Below, piece by piece: positions 19,342 through 31,026 of a stretch of DNA of 64,000 bases. This DNA is from Anaerovorax odorimutans. Lineage in GTDB: Bacteria; Bacillota; Clostridia; Peptostreptococcales; JAAYPU01. The first letter of the stretch is position 1; every line of letters begins with the position of its first letter. The notes under the pieces are model-generated. The model was not told where the DNA came from. It saw only the letters and a program-made list of their open reading frames with translations, and did not search any database. The position numbers and the translations under genes are program-made. The stretch lies in NCBI GenBank assembly GCA_016841185.1, contig JAENZQ010000003.1:25501-89500 (forward strand), in the 5' to 3' direction.

Positions 19342-19417
19342 AGTAATTGAATAAAAACCTTGTCCTTAATTTTTACAAATAGAATTGCTTTTCCATTTTA
19401 CCGGACAAATTCCATTA

Positions 19418-21229
19418 TTATGGACTGATATTGTACTCATGGATTTTTTCATAAAATGAAGATTTTTTTATGTTCAGAATCTTCATAGCTTTCTTACTGT
19501 CACCTGCACACATTTTAATCGTGCTTTCTATTATTTTCTTTTCATACATTTTTAATTGGGTTTTTAGGTCCGTATCGTCAAGAAACCATTCATCTTTGTT
19601 TTTCGTATCAGGATAATAATTGATGTCTTCAGCCTGAATAATGATGCCTTCACATAAGTTCATTGCCCGTTCCAGGATATTTTCCAACTCTCTTATATTT
19701 CCCGGATAGTCATAATTTTTTAGTTTTAAAAAAGCCTCTTCACTGAGATACCGCATATCAATATTCATTTTAGTACAAATGCGGGGAAGGAGAAACCAGA
19801 TCAATTCGGTTATATCTTCACGTCTTTCTCTTAACGGTGCAATATAGATTGGTACAATAAATAGTCTGTAGTATAAATCTTCCCGGAAAAGATTGCTTTT
19901 TACCAATTCAATCAAATCTCTGTTCGTTGCCGCAATTATCCGTACATTTACCTTTATTTCATTTTCTCCTCCGACACGGTAGAAGCTCTGTTCTTGTAAG
20001 ACTTTCAATAATTTGGTCTGCAAGTGTGTACTTAATTCACCGATTTCATCAAGAAATATCGTCCCAGTATCAGCCAATTCAAACAAGCCTTTTTTCCCAT
20101 ATTTATGTGCTCCTGTGAAAGCACCCGGCTCATATCCGAATAACTCACTTTCTATAATAGAAGCAGGTAATGATGCACAATTTACATGGATAAAAGGCCG
20201 GTTTTTCCTGCTGCTTTTATAGTGAATCAATTGTGCCAGCTGGGATTTACCTGTACCGCTTTCTCCCATTATCAAAACGGTAGAAGTAGTATTTGCTGCT
20301 TTCATTGCTTGTTCTTTAACCTTCTCAATAGCTGTACTCATCCCTACAAATCCCGGTAAAGGATTGGCATCCGTCTGTTTCGAATGACATAGACGGTGAA
20401 ACGTCTTTAATGCATTGCTCTGCTCCTGAATGGTTTTATAAAAAGTGGATAAATCTACGAGACGAAGAAGTTTAAAGTGCTTTCCTCTTTCCTGAATAGT
20501 GTAATGGGAAACCAGGACCGGTACACTGTGAATCATATCAAAGTGATTTTCCCCATGTTTTAAATTTACACCATCGATGAGATAAGATTTTATGCTTTGG
20601 CATTTTATTATTTTATTTAAATTATAACCTATGATATTAATTGATTCACTTCCGGGTTTTTTAGCATAAAATGACTTTCCCTGTAAAACATCTTCAACAT
20701 TCTCTTCTCTTATCGTATATCCTCTTGATTGAAAAAACTTCACTTTCTTTGTATCTCCGTCCAGTATAACCACGTTCCCAATGGCATAAATATAATCAAG
20801 AGGAAAAATATAATCCTCTACCTTGATAAGAGTTGTATGTTTATTAAAATTCATGATGATTTCTACTGATGTCTCCAAATAAGTAATTTTTTCTTGAAAA
20901 CACTCGGTATCATCTTCTATAGAGAAAACATAGGGCTCTGTTTCTCCTCCCATTACGCCAACGATTGCATAGGGTTTATTCATATTAATCTGTTCTTTCA
21001 GTCCTATCCTATTGAAAGTACTTTCCATTACACCATCGTCTTCTCCCAACCGATTGGTACAAAAAATAACTATATCTCCTTTTTCGATACGTCCTTCGGA
21101 GTGAGATTGTGTATATTCGCCTGTCAAACCCAAAATTTTTTTTGCCGTGTAGTTGATAGATTCGATATTACCTTCCGAGTTGAGTAAGATCAATCCATCT
21201 GTTGTAAAATCAAGAATATCCTTTTCCAT
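19418..21229 (-). CDS. Sigma-54-dependent transcriptional activator (PAS sensor, AAA+ domain, Fis-type HTH)
   Basis: It has an N-terminal PAS-like segment and an AAA+ domain with GESGTGKS, GAFTGA in ESELFGYEPGAFTGA and Walker B IFLDEIGE, plus a C-terminal HTH. I prefer the ATG at 21227-21229; the track start is a TTG at 21235. Confidence 0.85.
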   Translation of the reverse strand: MEKDILDFTTDGLILLNSEGNIESINYTAKKILGLTGEYTQSHSEGRIEKGDIVIFCTNRLGEDDGVMESTFNRIGLKEQINMNKPYAIVGVMGGETEPYVFSIEDDTECFQEKITYLETSVEIIMNFNKHTTLIKVEDYIFPLDYIYAIGNVVILDGDTKKVKFFQSRGYTIREENVEDVLQGKSFYAKKPGSESINIIGYNLNKIIKCQSIKSYLIDGVNLKHGENHFDMIHSVPVLVSHYTIQERGKHFKLLRLVDLSTFYKTIQEQSNALKTFHRLCHSKQTDANPLPGFVGMSTAIEKVKEQAMKAANTTSTVLIMGESGTGKSQLAQLIHYKSSRKNRPFIHVNCASLPASIIESELFGYEPGAFTGAHKYGKKGLFELADTGTIFLDEIGELSTHLQTKLLKVLQEQSFYRVGGENEIKVNVRIIAATNRDLIELVKSNLFREDLYYRLFIVPIYIAPLRERREDITELIWFLLPRICTKMNIDMRYLSEEAFLKLKNYDYPGNIRELENILERAMNLCEGIIIQAEDINYYPDTKNKDEWFLDDTDLKTQLKMYEKKIIESTIKMCAGDSKKAMKILNIKKSSFYEKIHEYNISP

Positions 21230-21507
21230 TACCAATGTTCCTTTCCCGGCATATGGCCGAAGTACGTACCTTCCCTGTAGTCAATATATCATACTGATAT
21301 TTGAATTGCAGCATAAATTATACATAGGTCTTTTATAGCACACGCTTTCGCCTAATATTTAAACCGATCCGGAATTATCAGAAGTTAATTTTTCTTATAA
21401 TTCCAAATCGGTTTTAATATGCGGTTTAAAAAGAAGTTTTGTTGTATTTATTTCTATATTACTATTTGCATGTTTTCAATAAATTGCCCGAATTTTAAAA
21501 ATTATTT

Positions 21508-22275
21508 TTATTTGATTTTGAAAAATGATTTGGCATTTGCGCATGTAATCCGGGCAGTTTCTTCAAAGGGGATTTTCTTTATTTCTGCAACTTTCTCCGC
21601 CGTATATCTAACGTATGCAGATTCATTTCTTTTTCCTCTGAAAGGCTCCGGTGTCAGATAAGGCGCATCTGTCTCAACTAAAAGATGTTCTATTGGAACG
21701 GTTTCAACCACTTCTATTATCTTTTTTGCATTTTTGAAAGTAACCGGACCTGCAATGGATATCTTTGCACCAAGATGGATATATTGTCTTGCAAGTTCCG
21801 CACTTCCGGAAAAACAATGCATCAGGACGCCCAGCTCAAAAGCCTTTTCTTCCTTTAATATTTTTAAAGTGTCATCATTGGCATCCCGGTCATGTATTAT
21901 GATTGGCATTGAAACCTCATGAGCAAGCTGAATCTGCCTTCTGAACCAATGCTGCTGAAGATCTCTGGGCGAATGGTCATAATAGTAATCCAGCCCTATC
22001 TCTCCTATGGCACAGACTTTTGGTTTTTTTGCAAGCCCTTTGAAAAGCAGAAGTGTTTCTTCATCCAAATCTTTAACATCGTGAGGATGGCATCCTACGG
22101 AAGCATAGAACATATCATACTTATGTGCACATTCTATTGCTCTCATTGAAGTTTCAAGATCCGCACCGGCATTTAATACATACTCCACACCGGCTTCTTT
22201 TATTCTTTTAAAAACTTCCTCTCTGTCATTATCGAACTTAACTGAATACATATGTGAATGAGAATCGAATAACAT
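21508..22275 (-). CDS. tatD: TatD-family metal-dependent hydrolase/DNase
   Basis: 255 aa. LFDSHSHM is present along with the other His/Asp metal ligands. The gene occupies the conserved position downstream of metG. Confidence 0.85.
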   Translation of the reverse strand: MLFDSHSHMYSVKFDNDREEVFKRIKEAGVEYVLNAGADLETSMRAIECAHKYDMFYASVGCHPHDVKDLDEETLLLFKGLAKKPKVCAIGEIGLDYYYDHSPRDLQQHWFRRQIQLAHEVSMPIIIHDRDANDDTLKILKEEKAFELGVLMHCFSGSAELARQYIHLGAKISIAGPVTFKNAKKIIEVVETVPIEHLLVETDAPYLTPEPFRGKRNESAYVRYTAEKVAEIKKIPFEETARITCANAKSFFKIK

Positions 22276-22295
22276 AGCAACCTCCTTTCATTCGC

Positions 22296-22397
22296 AGAGA
22301 TTAGTGGTTAAGGGTCTTAGCCCTCCAACCTTCTAACCTCTGATTTAATCCATACTCTATACTCTATAATCCATACTCCATACTCTATACTCCAATT
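22296..22397. repeat. Composite intergenic element, copy 4, between metG and tatD
   Basis: It opens with gagattagtggttaaggg, followed by an imperfect hairpin. It ends with the module atccatactctatactctataatccatactccatactctatactcc. 22380-22393 is the exact reverse complement of ggagtatagagtat at 15462-15475. There is only one G in 22321-22397. Confidence 0.8.
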
Positions 22398-22401
22398 GTG
22401 T

Positions 22402-24345
22402 CTATTTTACAATTGATCCGCTTTCCGCTTCTGTTGTGACAAAATATAAATTATCACCTTTTTCGGCAAATAAAATCATACCGTTAGATTCTTTTCCTCT
22501 GAGATTAATGGGTTTCAAATTAGCTACCACCACCACTCTTTTACCCTTCATCTCTTCAGGTGTGTAATACATGGAAACACCTGAAACGATCTGCCTTGTT
22601 TCATCTCCTATTCTGATCTGAGATACCAAGAGTTTATCTGCCTTCGGATGCTTTTCACAACTGACGATTTCACCGACCTTCAATTCAACTTTAGCAAAGT
22701 CATCAATTGTGATGTAATCGGTTTTCGATTTTACTTCTTTAGAAGTTTTAGATTCTTCCTTATGATTTTTTTTCTGATCATAATAGCTGATTATCTCTTC
22801 CATTTTTTTTGACTGGTCTATTCTGGCAAAAAGAATTTCCGCTTTTCCTACAGAATCTCCAGGCTGCATCCCGCCAAATGTCTTCAAAGAATCCCAGTTT
22901 TTTATAGCGGTATTAAGCTGAATAAAAATACTTTCCGCTGTATCCGGCATAAACGGTGATAAAAGCACAGCTGAAAACCTGATAGCCTCGGATAAATTGT
23001 ATAGTACAGTGGATAATCTGTCTTTTTTGGATTCATCCTTCCCTAATACCCAGGGCATGGTTTCGTCTATATATTTGTTACTTCTTCTGAGCAATGTAAT
23101 AATATCATCAATGGCCTCGGTGACTTTCAATTTGTTCATTTTTTCTTCAACTTTACCTGGGGTTGAAAGAGCCAGCTTAATCAACTCTTCGTCAATATTC
23201 TCTCTTTCTTTCTGAGGTTGTATGACGCCATCAAAATATTTGTTGATCATGGTAACCGTTCGATTTACTAAATTACCCAGTATATTTGCCAGATCAGAAT
23301 TAATGCGTTCAATCAGAAGTTCATAGGTAAGTGTACCGTCCTGCGCAAAAGGCATTTCATGAAGCAAATAGTACCGTACGGCATCTACGCCAAATAAATC
23401 AACCAGATCGTCTGCATAAACAACATTTCCTTTTGATTTGCTCATCTTTCCCTCTCCAATGAGAAGCCAAGGATGACCAAACACCTGTTTCGGAAGTTCG
23501 ACTCCCAAAGCCATCAACATAATAGGCCAGTAAAGAGTATGAAATCTCAAAATGTCTTTGCCGATAAGATGCACATCCGCCGGCCAATATTTTTTATAAA
23601 GCTCACCATGATTTCCCTGAGGGTCGTAGCCGATACCGGTTATATAATTACTCAGCGCATCGATCCATACGTAAATAACATGTTTCTCATCAAATGTAAC
23701 GGGAATCCCCCAGTTAAAGGAGGTCCTTGACACGCACAAATCCTGTAACCCTGGTTTCAGAAAATTGTTTATCATTTCATTTTTCCTTGATTCGGGCTGA
23801 ATAAATTCCGGATTTTCTTCTATATGTTTCATCAGTTTGTACTGATACTTGCTGAGCTTAAAAAAGTAAGCTTCTTCTTTTGCTTTTTTTACTTCCCTCC
23901 CACAGTCCGGACATTTTCCATCCTCAAGCTGGGACTCCGTAAAAAATGATTCGCAAGGGGTACAATACCAGCCCTCATAATAGCCTTTGTAAATATCCCC
24001 TTGTTCATATAATTTTTTAAATATGCCTTGGACAATCCGGATATGGTCTTCATCTGTAGTACGAATAAATTTATTATAACTTGTATTCATTAAGTCCCAG
24101 ATCCGTTTTATCTCACCAGCCACCTCATCTACAAATTCTTTTGGTTTTTTCCCCGCTTCCTGGGACTTAATCTGAATCTTTTGACCATGCTCATCCGTCC
24201 CGGTCATGAAGTACACATCATATCCCGTCAATCTTTTAAACCGTGCAATGCTGTCAGCCAGAACAATTTCATAAGTATTGCCAATATGCGGCTTCCCTGA
24301 GGTGTAAGCAATTGCCGTCGTAATATAGTATTTTCCTTTGTTCAT
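22402..24345 (-). CDS. metG: Methionyl-tRNA synthetase with C-terminal tRNA-binding (EMAP/Trbp111-like) domain
   Basis: It has the HIGH-type motif KPHIGN, KMSKS as GKMSKSKGN, and a zinc knuckle CPDCG. I prefer the start at the ATG 24343-24345, preceded by GGAGGAG; the track start is 24363. Confidence 0.9.
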   Translation of the reverse strand: MNKGKYYITTAIAYTSGKPHIGNTYEIVLADSIARFKRLTGYDVYFMTGTDEHGQKIQIKSQEAGKKPKEFVDEVAGEIKRIWDLMNTSYNKFIRTTDEDHIRIVQGIFKKLYEQGDIYKGYYEGWYCTPCESFFTESQLEDGKCPDCGREVKKAKEEAYFFKLSKYQYKLMKHIEENPEFIQPESRKNEMINNFLKPGLQDLCVSRTSFNWGIPVTFDEKHVIYVWIDALSNYITGIGYDPQGNHGELYKKYWPADVHLIGKDILRFHTLYWPIMLMALGVELPKQVFGHPWLLIGEGKMSKSKGNVVYADDLVDLFGVDAVRYYLLHEMPFAQDGTLTYELLIERINSDLANILGNLVNRTVTMINKYFDGVIQPQKERENIDEELIKLALSTPGKVEEKMNKLKVTEAIDDIITLLRRSNKYIDETMPWVLGKDESKKDRLSTVLYNLSEAIRFSAVLLSPFMPDTAESIFIQLNTAIKNWDSLKTFGGMQPGDSVGKAEILFARIDQSKKMEEIISYYDQKKNHKEESKTSKEVKSKTDYITIDDFAKVELKVGEIVSCEKHPKADKLLVSQIRIGDETRQIVSGVSMYYTPEEMKGKRVVVVANLKPINLRGKESNGMILFAEKGDNLYFVTTEAESGSIVK

Positions 24346-24365
24346 TTTATCTCCTCCATTCAATT

Positions 24366-24431
24366 ACTTGTCAGTGTAAGTCGCTCCTTCGGAGCAATGT
24401 GTGTAAGTGTAAGCATGAGGTAAATATAAGT
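24366..24431. repeat. Composite intergenic element fragment, copy 5, between the T-box terminator and the metG RBS
   Basis: cagtgtaagt, then the hairpin gctcc ttc ggagc, then tgtgtaagtgtaagcatgaggtaaatataagta. The gtgtaag words are the reverse complement of the cttacac words in copies 1 and 3. Confidence 0.65.
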
Positions 24432-24690
24432 AAAAAAAAGCTCTTCGTATCATAGAGACGAAAAGCTTCGTGTTACCACTCTTTTTTGCATAAATCTCAC
24501 GATTTATGCCTCATTAGGTTAATTGAACCATATAATACTAACGGATATTACCCGCCATATCCTAAATTCTTCGGATACAGAGCTCCAGGGCCATCTTCAA
24601 CATATTCAACGTATCGGCTTTCATCCGTTTACCGACTCTCTGTAACGTCTTTTATGCCTACTCTTCCCTTCATCGCCAGACTTTTTTATT
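24432..24690 (-). promoter_or_regulatory. T-box riboswitch leader (Met-specific) of metG
   Basis: The minus strand shows an AGAGAG bulge motif, then GAAtATG as a candidate specifier region (AUG). The T-box sequence AGAGTGGTAACACGAAGC lies at plus 24465-24482. A terminator (aagcttttcg ... cgaagagctt plus U8) lies at plus 24432-24468. Confidence 0.8.
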
Positions 24691-24730
24691 TTATAATGAT
24701 TTTATACTAACATCTTTTCCCATGTCAATC

Positions 24731-25102
24731 CTATTCTCTTTTTTCTTTAAAGAAAACTTCATCCTGATCTATTGCTGTCTTTGAAGCAAGTATAATGGAT
24801 ATATCGCTTTCACCATTTACCAGTTTAAAGTCTTTATGGTATCGTTTTGCAAGTCTCATGCATTTTCCTCTCAGCGAGCTGCTGAGGCTTGAATTAACAA
24901 TAATTTTATGAACCAGTTGATTATTAAGAGCCGCTTCTATCTTTTCAAAGATATCCTCATTATTCAAATACGCTTCTTCAATTGCTAAAACCACTCTTTC
25001 TCTGAATTCACCGAGAAATTTTTTCTTTTCTTCTTTTTTTATCTGCGGGATTCCTGATAACCCATACTTAATATATTCTTCTATTTGATCTTTATTATTC
25101 AT
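24731..25102 (-). CDS. DUF1694 (YueI-like) small protein
   Basis: 123 aa. KKFLGEFRERVVLAI resembles the YueI/DUF1694 signature as I recall it. It lies 34 nt downstream of the ATPase gene, probably co-transcribed. Confidence 0.55.
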   Translation of the reverse strand: MNNKDQIEEYIKYGLSGIPQIKKEEKKKFLGEFRERVVLAIEEAYLNNEDIFEKIEAALNNQLVHKIIVNSSLSSSLRGKCMRLAKRYHKDFKLVNGESDISIILASKTAIDQDEVFFKEKRE

Positions 25103-25136
25103 GTCTTTCCTCTATTTCTGGACATATTCCTGCTTT

Positions 25137-26390
25137 TTATGTGTTTTCTCTGGATTTTAAAGTTGCTTTAAAGACAGGCGCATTTCCTTTTTCATATTTT
25201 TCCAGTTCGGCTTTGAACAATGTGTTATCCGGATGCTGCTCAATGATGTCGAAGACTTCCATTACTTTCATGATATACTTTCTTAAATTAATTTTTTCCA
25301 TCTCAGGCTCGACTTCTTTATACATGTACAAAGCCCAATTGCTTATGGATTCAACTGAAATTTTCGGATTTATATCGTACACCTCTTTGTACAATTCTAA
25401 AATATTTTTTGTGATTTGAATAAAGTCTTCTTCCGACATGTCCGGTAAATATAAAATAGGCTGCCTTATATCCGACAAAGAAGCATTCTTCTTATCCACA
25501 GGATTGCCCAATCTCTGGAAAAGTGCCTGGTAGGAAGGAATGCCTTTTTCCGTATCCGACAGCAATTCATTGGTTGCTGCAAAAATGAACATTGTATTCT
25601 TTAATTCTCCAATGGAGCATTCATCAATGATGTACCGGATATTTTCAAAAGCTTTTGATCGTATGTCTATTCTTTCATTCATAATCAGTTCAACTTCGTC
25701 TACCAGTATTACAATCCCATCGTAACCTACATATTTGATTAGGTGAATGAATGCTTTCAAAAAATCCAAGGCATTGGTTTTGTCAATACTCCCGATAACG
25801 TCAAATTTTGCTTTCAAATGATAAGGAATGTTGCTCTCACATGATACCCATGAAGCAATGGTCGCCGCCAATTCCTTATCTTCATTTATTCTGGCACGAA
25901 TGTAAAATGTGATTGCTCTTGCAAAGGAGGCATTGTATTTTTCAAGATTGTATAAAATTTTTCTGATTTCAGATGAAGCCTGACCGTAAGACATGTCCTG
26001 TATTTTTGTGATCCATTTGTTAAAAATGTCTTCTATATTGGTAGCCGTTTCTCCTTTTCCAAGAATCGACAAGTTATGCATGATATTGTAATATAAATGC
26101 TGAAGATTATTCAGGCGGAAACCCTGATTTATTTTTATAGAAGATACTATGAAATTATTTCTTAATGCTTCAAGCTTTATTCTCTGCATCAAGAAGGTTT
26201 TTCCCGTTCCATAAGCTCCGGTTATCACTTTAACGGTTCCGCTTCCATTTTTTATTAACTGCATGTTTCTTGAAATCTCTTGTAATTGTTTCTCTCTTCC
26301 AACGCACAAATATTCTATTCCATACTGAGGCACGACTCCACTCTTCAATGCACTGACAATATGCTGCATAGACTGTTCCATTAGACTCAT
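25137..26390 (-). CDS. P-loop ATPase of the DUF2791 / BrxD-like family (orphan; no other BREX genes nearby)
   Basis: The N-terminus ALKSGVVPQYGIEYLCVGREKQL is typical of DUF2791. Walker A is GAYGTGKT and Walker B is IVILVDEVE. I prefer the start at the ATG 26388-26390, preceded by GGAGGAAAGC; the track start is a TTG at 26408. Confidence 0.55.
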   Translation of the reverse strand: MSLMEQSMQHIVSALKSGVVPQYGIEYLCVGREKQLQEISRNMQLIKNGSGTVKVITGAYGTGKTFLMQRIKLEALRNNFIVSSIKINQGFRLNNLQHLYYNIMHNLSILGKGETATNIEDIFNKWITKIQDMSYGQASSEIRKILYNLEKYNASFARAITFYIRARINEDKELAATIASWVSCESNIPYHLKAKFDVIGSIDKTNALDFLKAFIHLIKYVGYDGIVILVDEVELIMNERIDIRSKAFENIRYIIDECSIGELKNTMFIFAATNELLSDTEKGIPSYQALFQRLGNPVDKKNASLSDIRQPILYLPDMSEEDFIQITKNILELYKEVYDINPKISVESISNWALYMYKEVEPEMEKINLRKYIMKVMEVFDIIEQHPDNTLFKAELEKYEKGNAPVFKATLKSRENT

Positions 26391-26460
26391 GCTTTCCTCC
26401 AAATACAAAAAATCAATATTATTATATCATATTACTCAAAAGGTTAAAATAATCGTGACA

Positions 26461-26665
26461 GAAAATCCTGGCAGAAATCAAGGTTTCCTGCAGGCGATAA
26501 CAAAGTTCCTTTGGAAATTAAATCCAGGCTGTTGAAAATCTCCGAATTTCTGCGTTGCTGCTTTCAAGCGAACATGCTCACTTACCTGAAGTAAGCTCCG
26601 CTGCTCGCTCTCAGCGCGCCTTGAACTTCGAATTTTTCAAAAGCCTGGAGATTGTAGACTTTTTC
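26461..26665. repeat. GC-richer structured intergenic element related to the composite family, copy 6
   Basis: A long-range inverted repeat joins 26523-26539 (tccaggctgttgaaaat) to 26632-26649 (atttttcaaaagcctgga), complementary at 16 of 17 positions. It encloses internal hairpins (cttac ctgaa gtaag; ttcaagcg / cgccttgaa). The words ttcaagcg and agcgaac recur at 60505-60600. Confidence 0.6.
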
Positions 26666-26675
26666 AACAATCTCG

Positions 26676-26720
26676 ATATAATAAATAGAATAAGGCATAG
26701 CCTTATTCTATTTATTATAT
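26676..26720 (-). terminator. Long AT-rich perfect hairpin after atpC (atp operon terminator, possibly bidirectional)
   Basis: A 20-bp perfect stem (26676-26695 with 26701-26720) surrounds the loop catag. It starts 5 nt after the atpC stop, and the 3' arm is U-rich. Confidence 0.55.
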
Positions 26721-26725
26721 AGTTT

Positions 26726-27139
26726 CTATTTACCCATGTATTCTTCTTTTACCTTTATCCTGCTTAATGCTCTGAGTATGGCTGCCTTCGCTCTATCCGT
26801 ATCTATATCCTGATCAGAAGAATCCAATCTTTTCTCTGCCCGCTCCTTTGCTTCAACAGCCCGGTCAAGATCTATTTCTTCAGGCCATTCCGCAGCGTCA
26901 GAAACGATAGTAGCCTTTCCTTCTTTAACATGAATAAATCCTCCTGAACATGCAGCTTTTTTTATTTCATTTTTCTCCCTGATTTTTAATAAACCAGGTG
27001 AAAGGGGTGTTACGGTCCACATATGATCCGCCATAAAAGCTGCATCTCCTTGTATGGTTCGTGCAACAACCATCTCTACTTCACCTTTATAAAAGGATCT
27101 TTCCGGAGTTACAATTTCAAGATTAAAAGTTTGGGCCAA
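26726..27139 (-). CDS. atpC: F1 ATP synthase epsilon subunit
   Basis: 137 aa. It is the last gene of the atp operon, with a beta-sandwich and a C-terminal helical hairpin. Confidence 0.9.
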   Translation of the reverse strand: MAQTFNLEIVTPERSFYKGEVEMVVARTIQGDAAFMADHMWTVTPLSPGLLKIREKNEIKKAACSGGFIHVKEGKATIVSDAAEWPEEIDLDRAVEAKERAEKRLDSSDQDIDTDRAKAAILRALSRIKVKEEYMGK

Positions 27140-27169
27140 AATATCACCTCCCGGTGTAAAATCTCTTCA

Positions 27170-28567
<1,398 letters not shown>

Positions 28568-28586
28568 TCACATCCTTTCTATGAAG

Positions 28587-29462
28587 CTACTTTAAAGCTT
28601 CAGCTCCACCGACAATTTCAGCTATCTCCTGAGTAATTGCCGCCTGGCGAGCTCTATTGTAATTCAATGTCAATTGATCGATCATTTCAATTGCATTATC
28701 TGTTGCACTTTCCATCGCCATCCGCCGCGCTCCCTGTTCACTGGCAGCTGATTCCACAAGCCCTCCGAAAATCAATGATTCTACGTATTGAGGTACCAGA
28801 TAGTCAAACACTGCCTTTGGAGAAGGTTCATAAGAAATATATTCAAAAAAACTCTCTTTCTTTTCCCCGGTTTCCTCTTTCATTTTTGTCTGAGATAAAG
28901 GAAGCAAGCGAATACATTCTGTTTTATGGGAAATCGTGCTTACAAAACTTGTATAAACCAGATAAACTTCATCTACCATTTCCTGCTCATAAAGCTGCAT
29001 GACCAAAGAGCTTATTTTCTTTGCTTCTTTAAAGGATATTGTTTCAAGAATATTGATATACTCTCCATCCAAATCGTAGCCGTGTTTTCTGAAAAAATCC
29101 CTGCCCCTCTGCCCTATGGCAATGACAGATATATCTTTTTTCTCTTTCATGCTTGATAAGGATTCCTTAATAACATTGGAATTATAGCCCCCGCATAGTC
29201 CCCGGTCGGCTGTAACCACAATATAGCAGCTTTTCTTTATTTCTCTTGCACCTTCAAAATAGATGCTGTCGATGCTCTCTGAATCTGCCAGGATCTCATT
29301 AATTGTTTTTCTGACGGTATCAAAGTATGGTTTTGTTTTATCTAATCGTTCCCTCGCCCTTCTTAATTTGGAAGAAGAAACAAGTTCCATTGCTTTTGTT
29401 ATCTGTTTTGTGCTGTTTACACTTTTGATTCTACGCTTTATCTCGCGTCCTTTTCCTGCCAT
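28587..29462 (-). CDS. atpG: F1 ATP synthase gamma subunit
   Basis: 291 aa, with an N-terminal RIKSVNSTKQITKAMELVS and a C-terminal ITQEIAEIVGGAEAL. Confidence 0.95.
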   Translation of the reverse strand: MAGKGREIKRRIKSVNSTKQITKAMELVSSSKLRRARERLDKTKPYFDTVRKTINEILADSESIDSIYFEGAREIKKSCYIVVTADRGLCGGYNSNVIKESLSSMKEKKDISVIAIGQRGRDFFRKHGYDLDGEYINILETISFKEAKKISSLVMQLYEQEMVDEVYLVYTSFVSTISHKTECIRLLPLSQTKMKEETGEKKESFFEYISYEPSPKAVFDYLVPQYVESLIFGGLVESAASEQGARRMAMESATDNAIEMIDQLTLNYNRARQAAITQEIAEIVGGAEALK

Positions 29463-29491
29463 CTACTCACCTCCGATCGTTGAGCAAACAG

Positions 29492-31018
<1,527 letters not shown>

Positions 31019-31026
31019 TTACTATG

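Noticed and set aside
19233-19417. Expected lysine (L-box) riboswitch upstream of lysA.
   Set aside because: The spacer is only 185 nt and lacks the conserved L-box core helices. A sigma-54 -24/-12 promoter fits instead.
24486-24710. 74-aa plus-strand ORF between metG and the DUF1694 gene.
   Set aside because: The region is better explained as the minus-strand Met T-box leader (T-box motif, terminator, AG bulge). The ORF has no RBS and an implausible composition.
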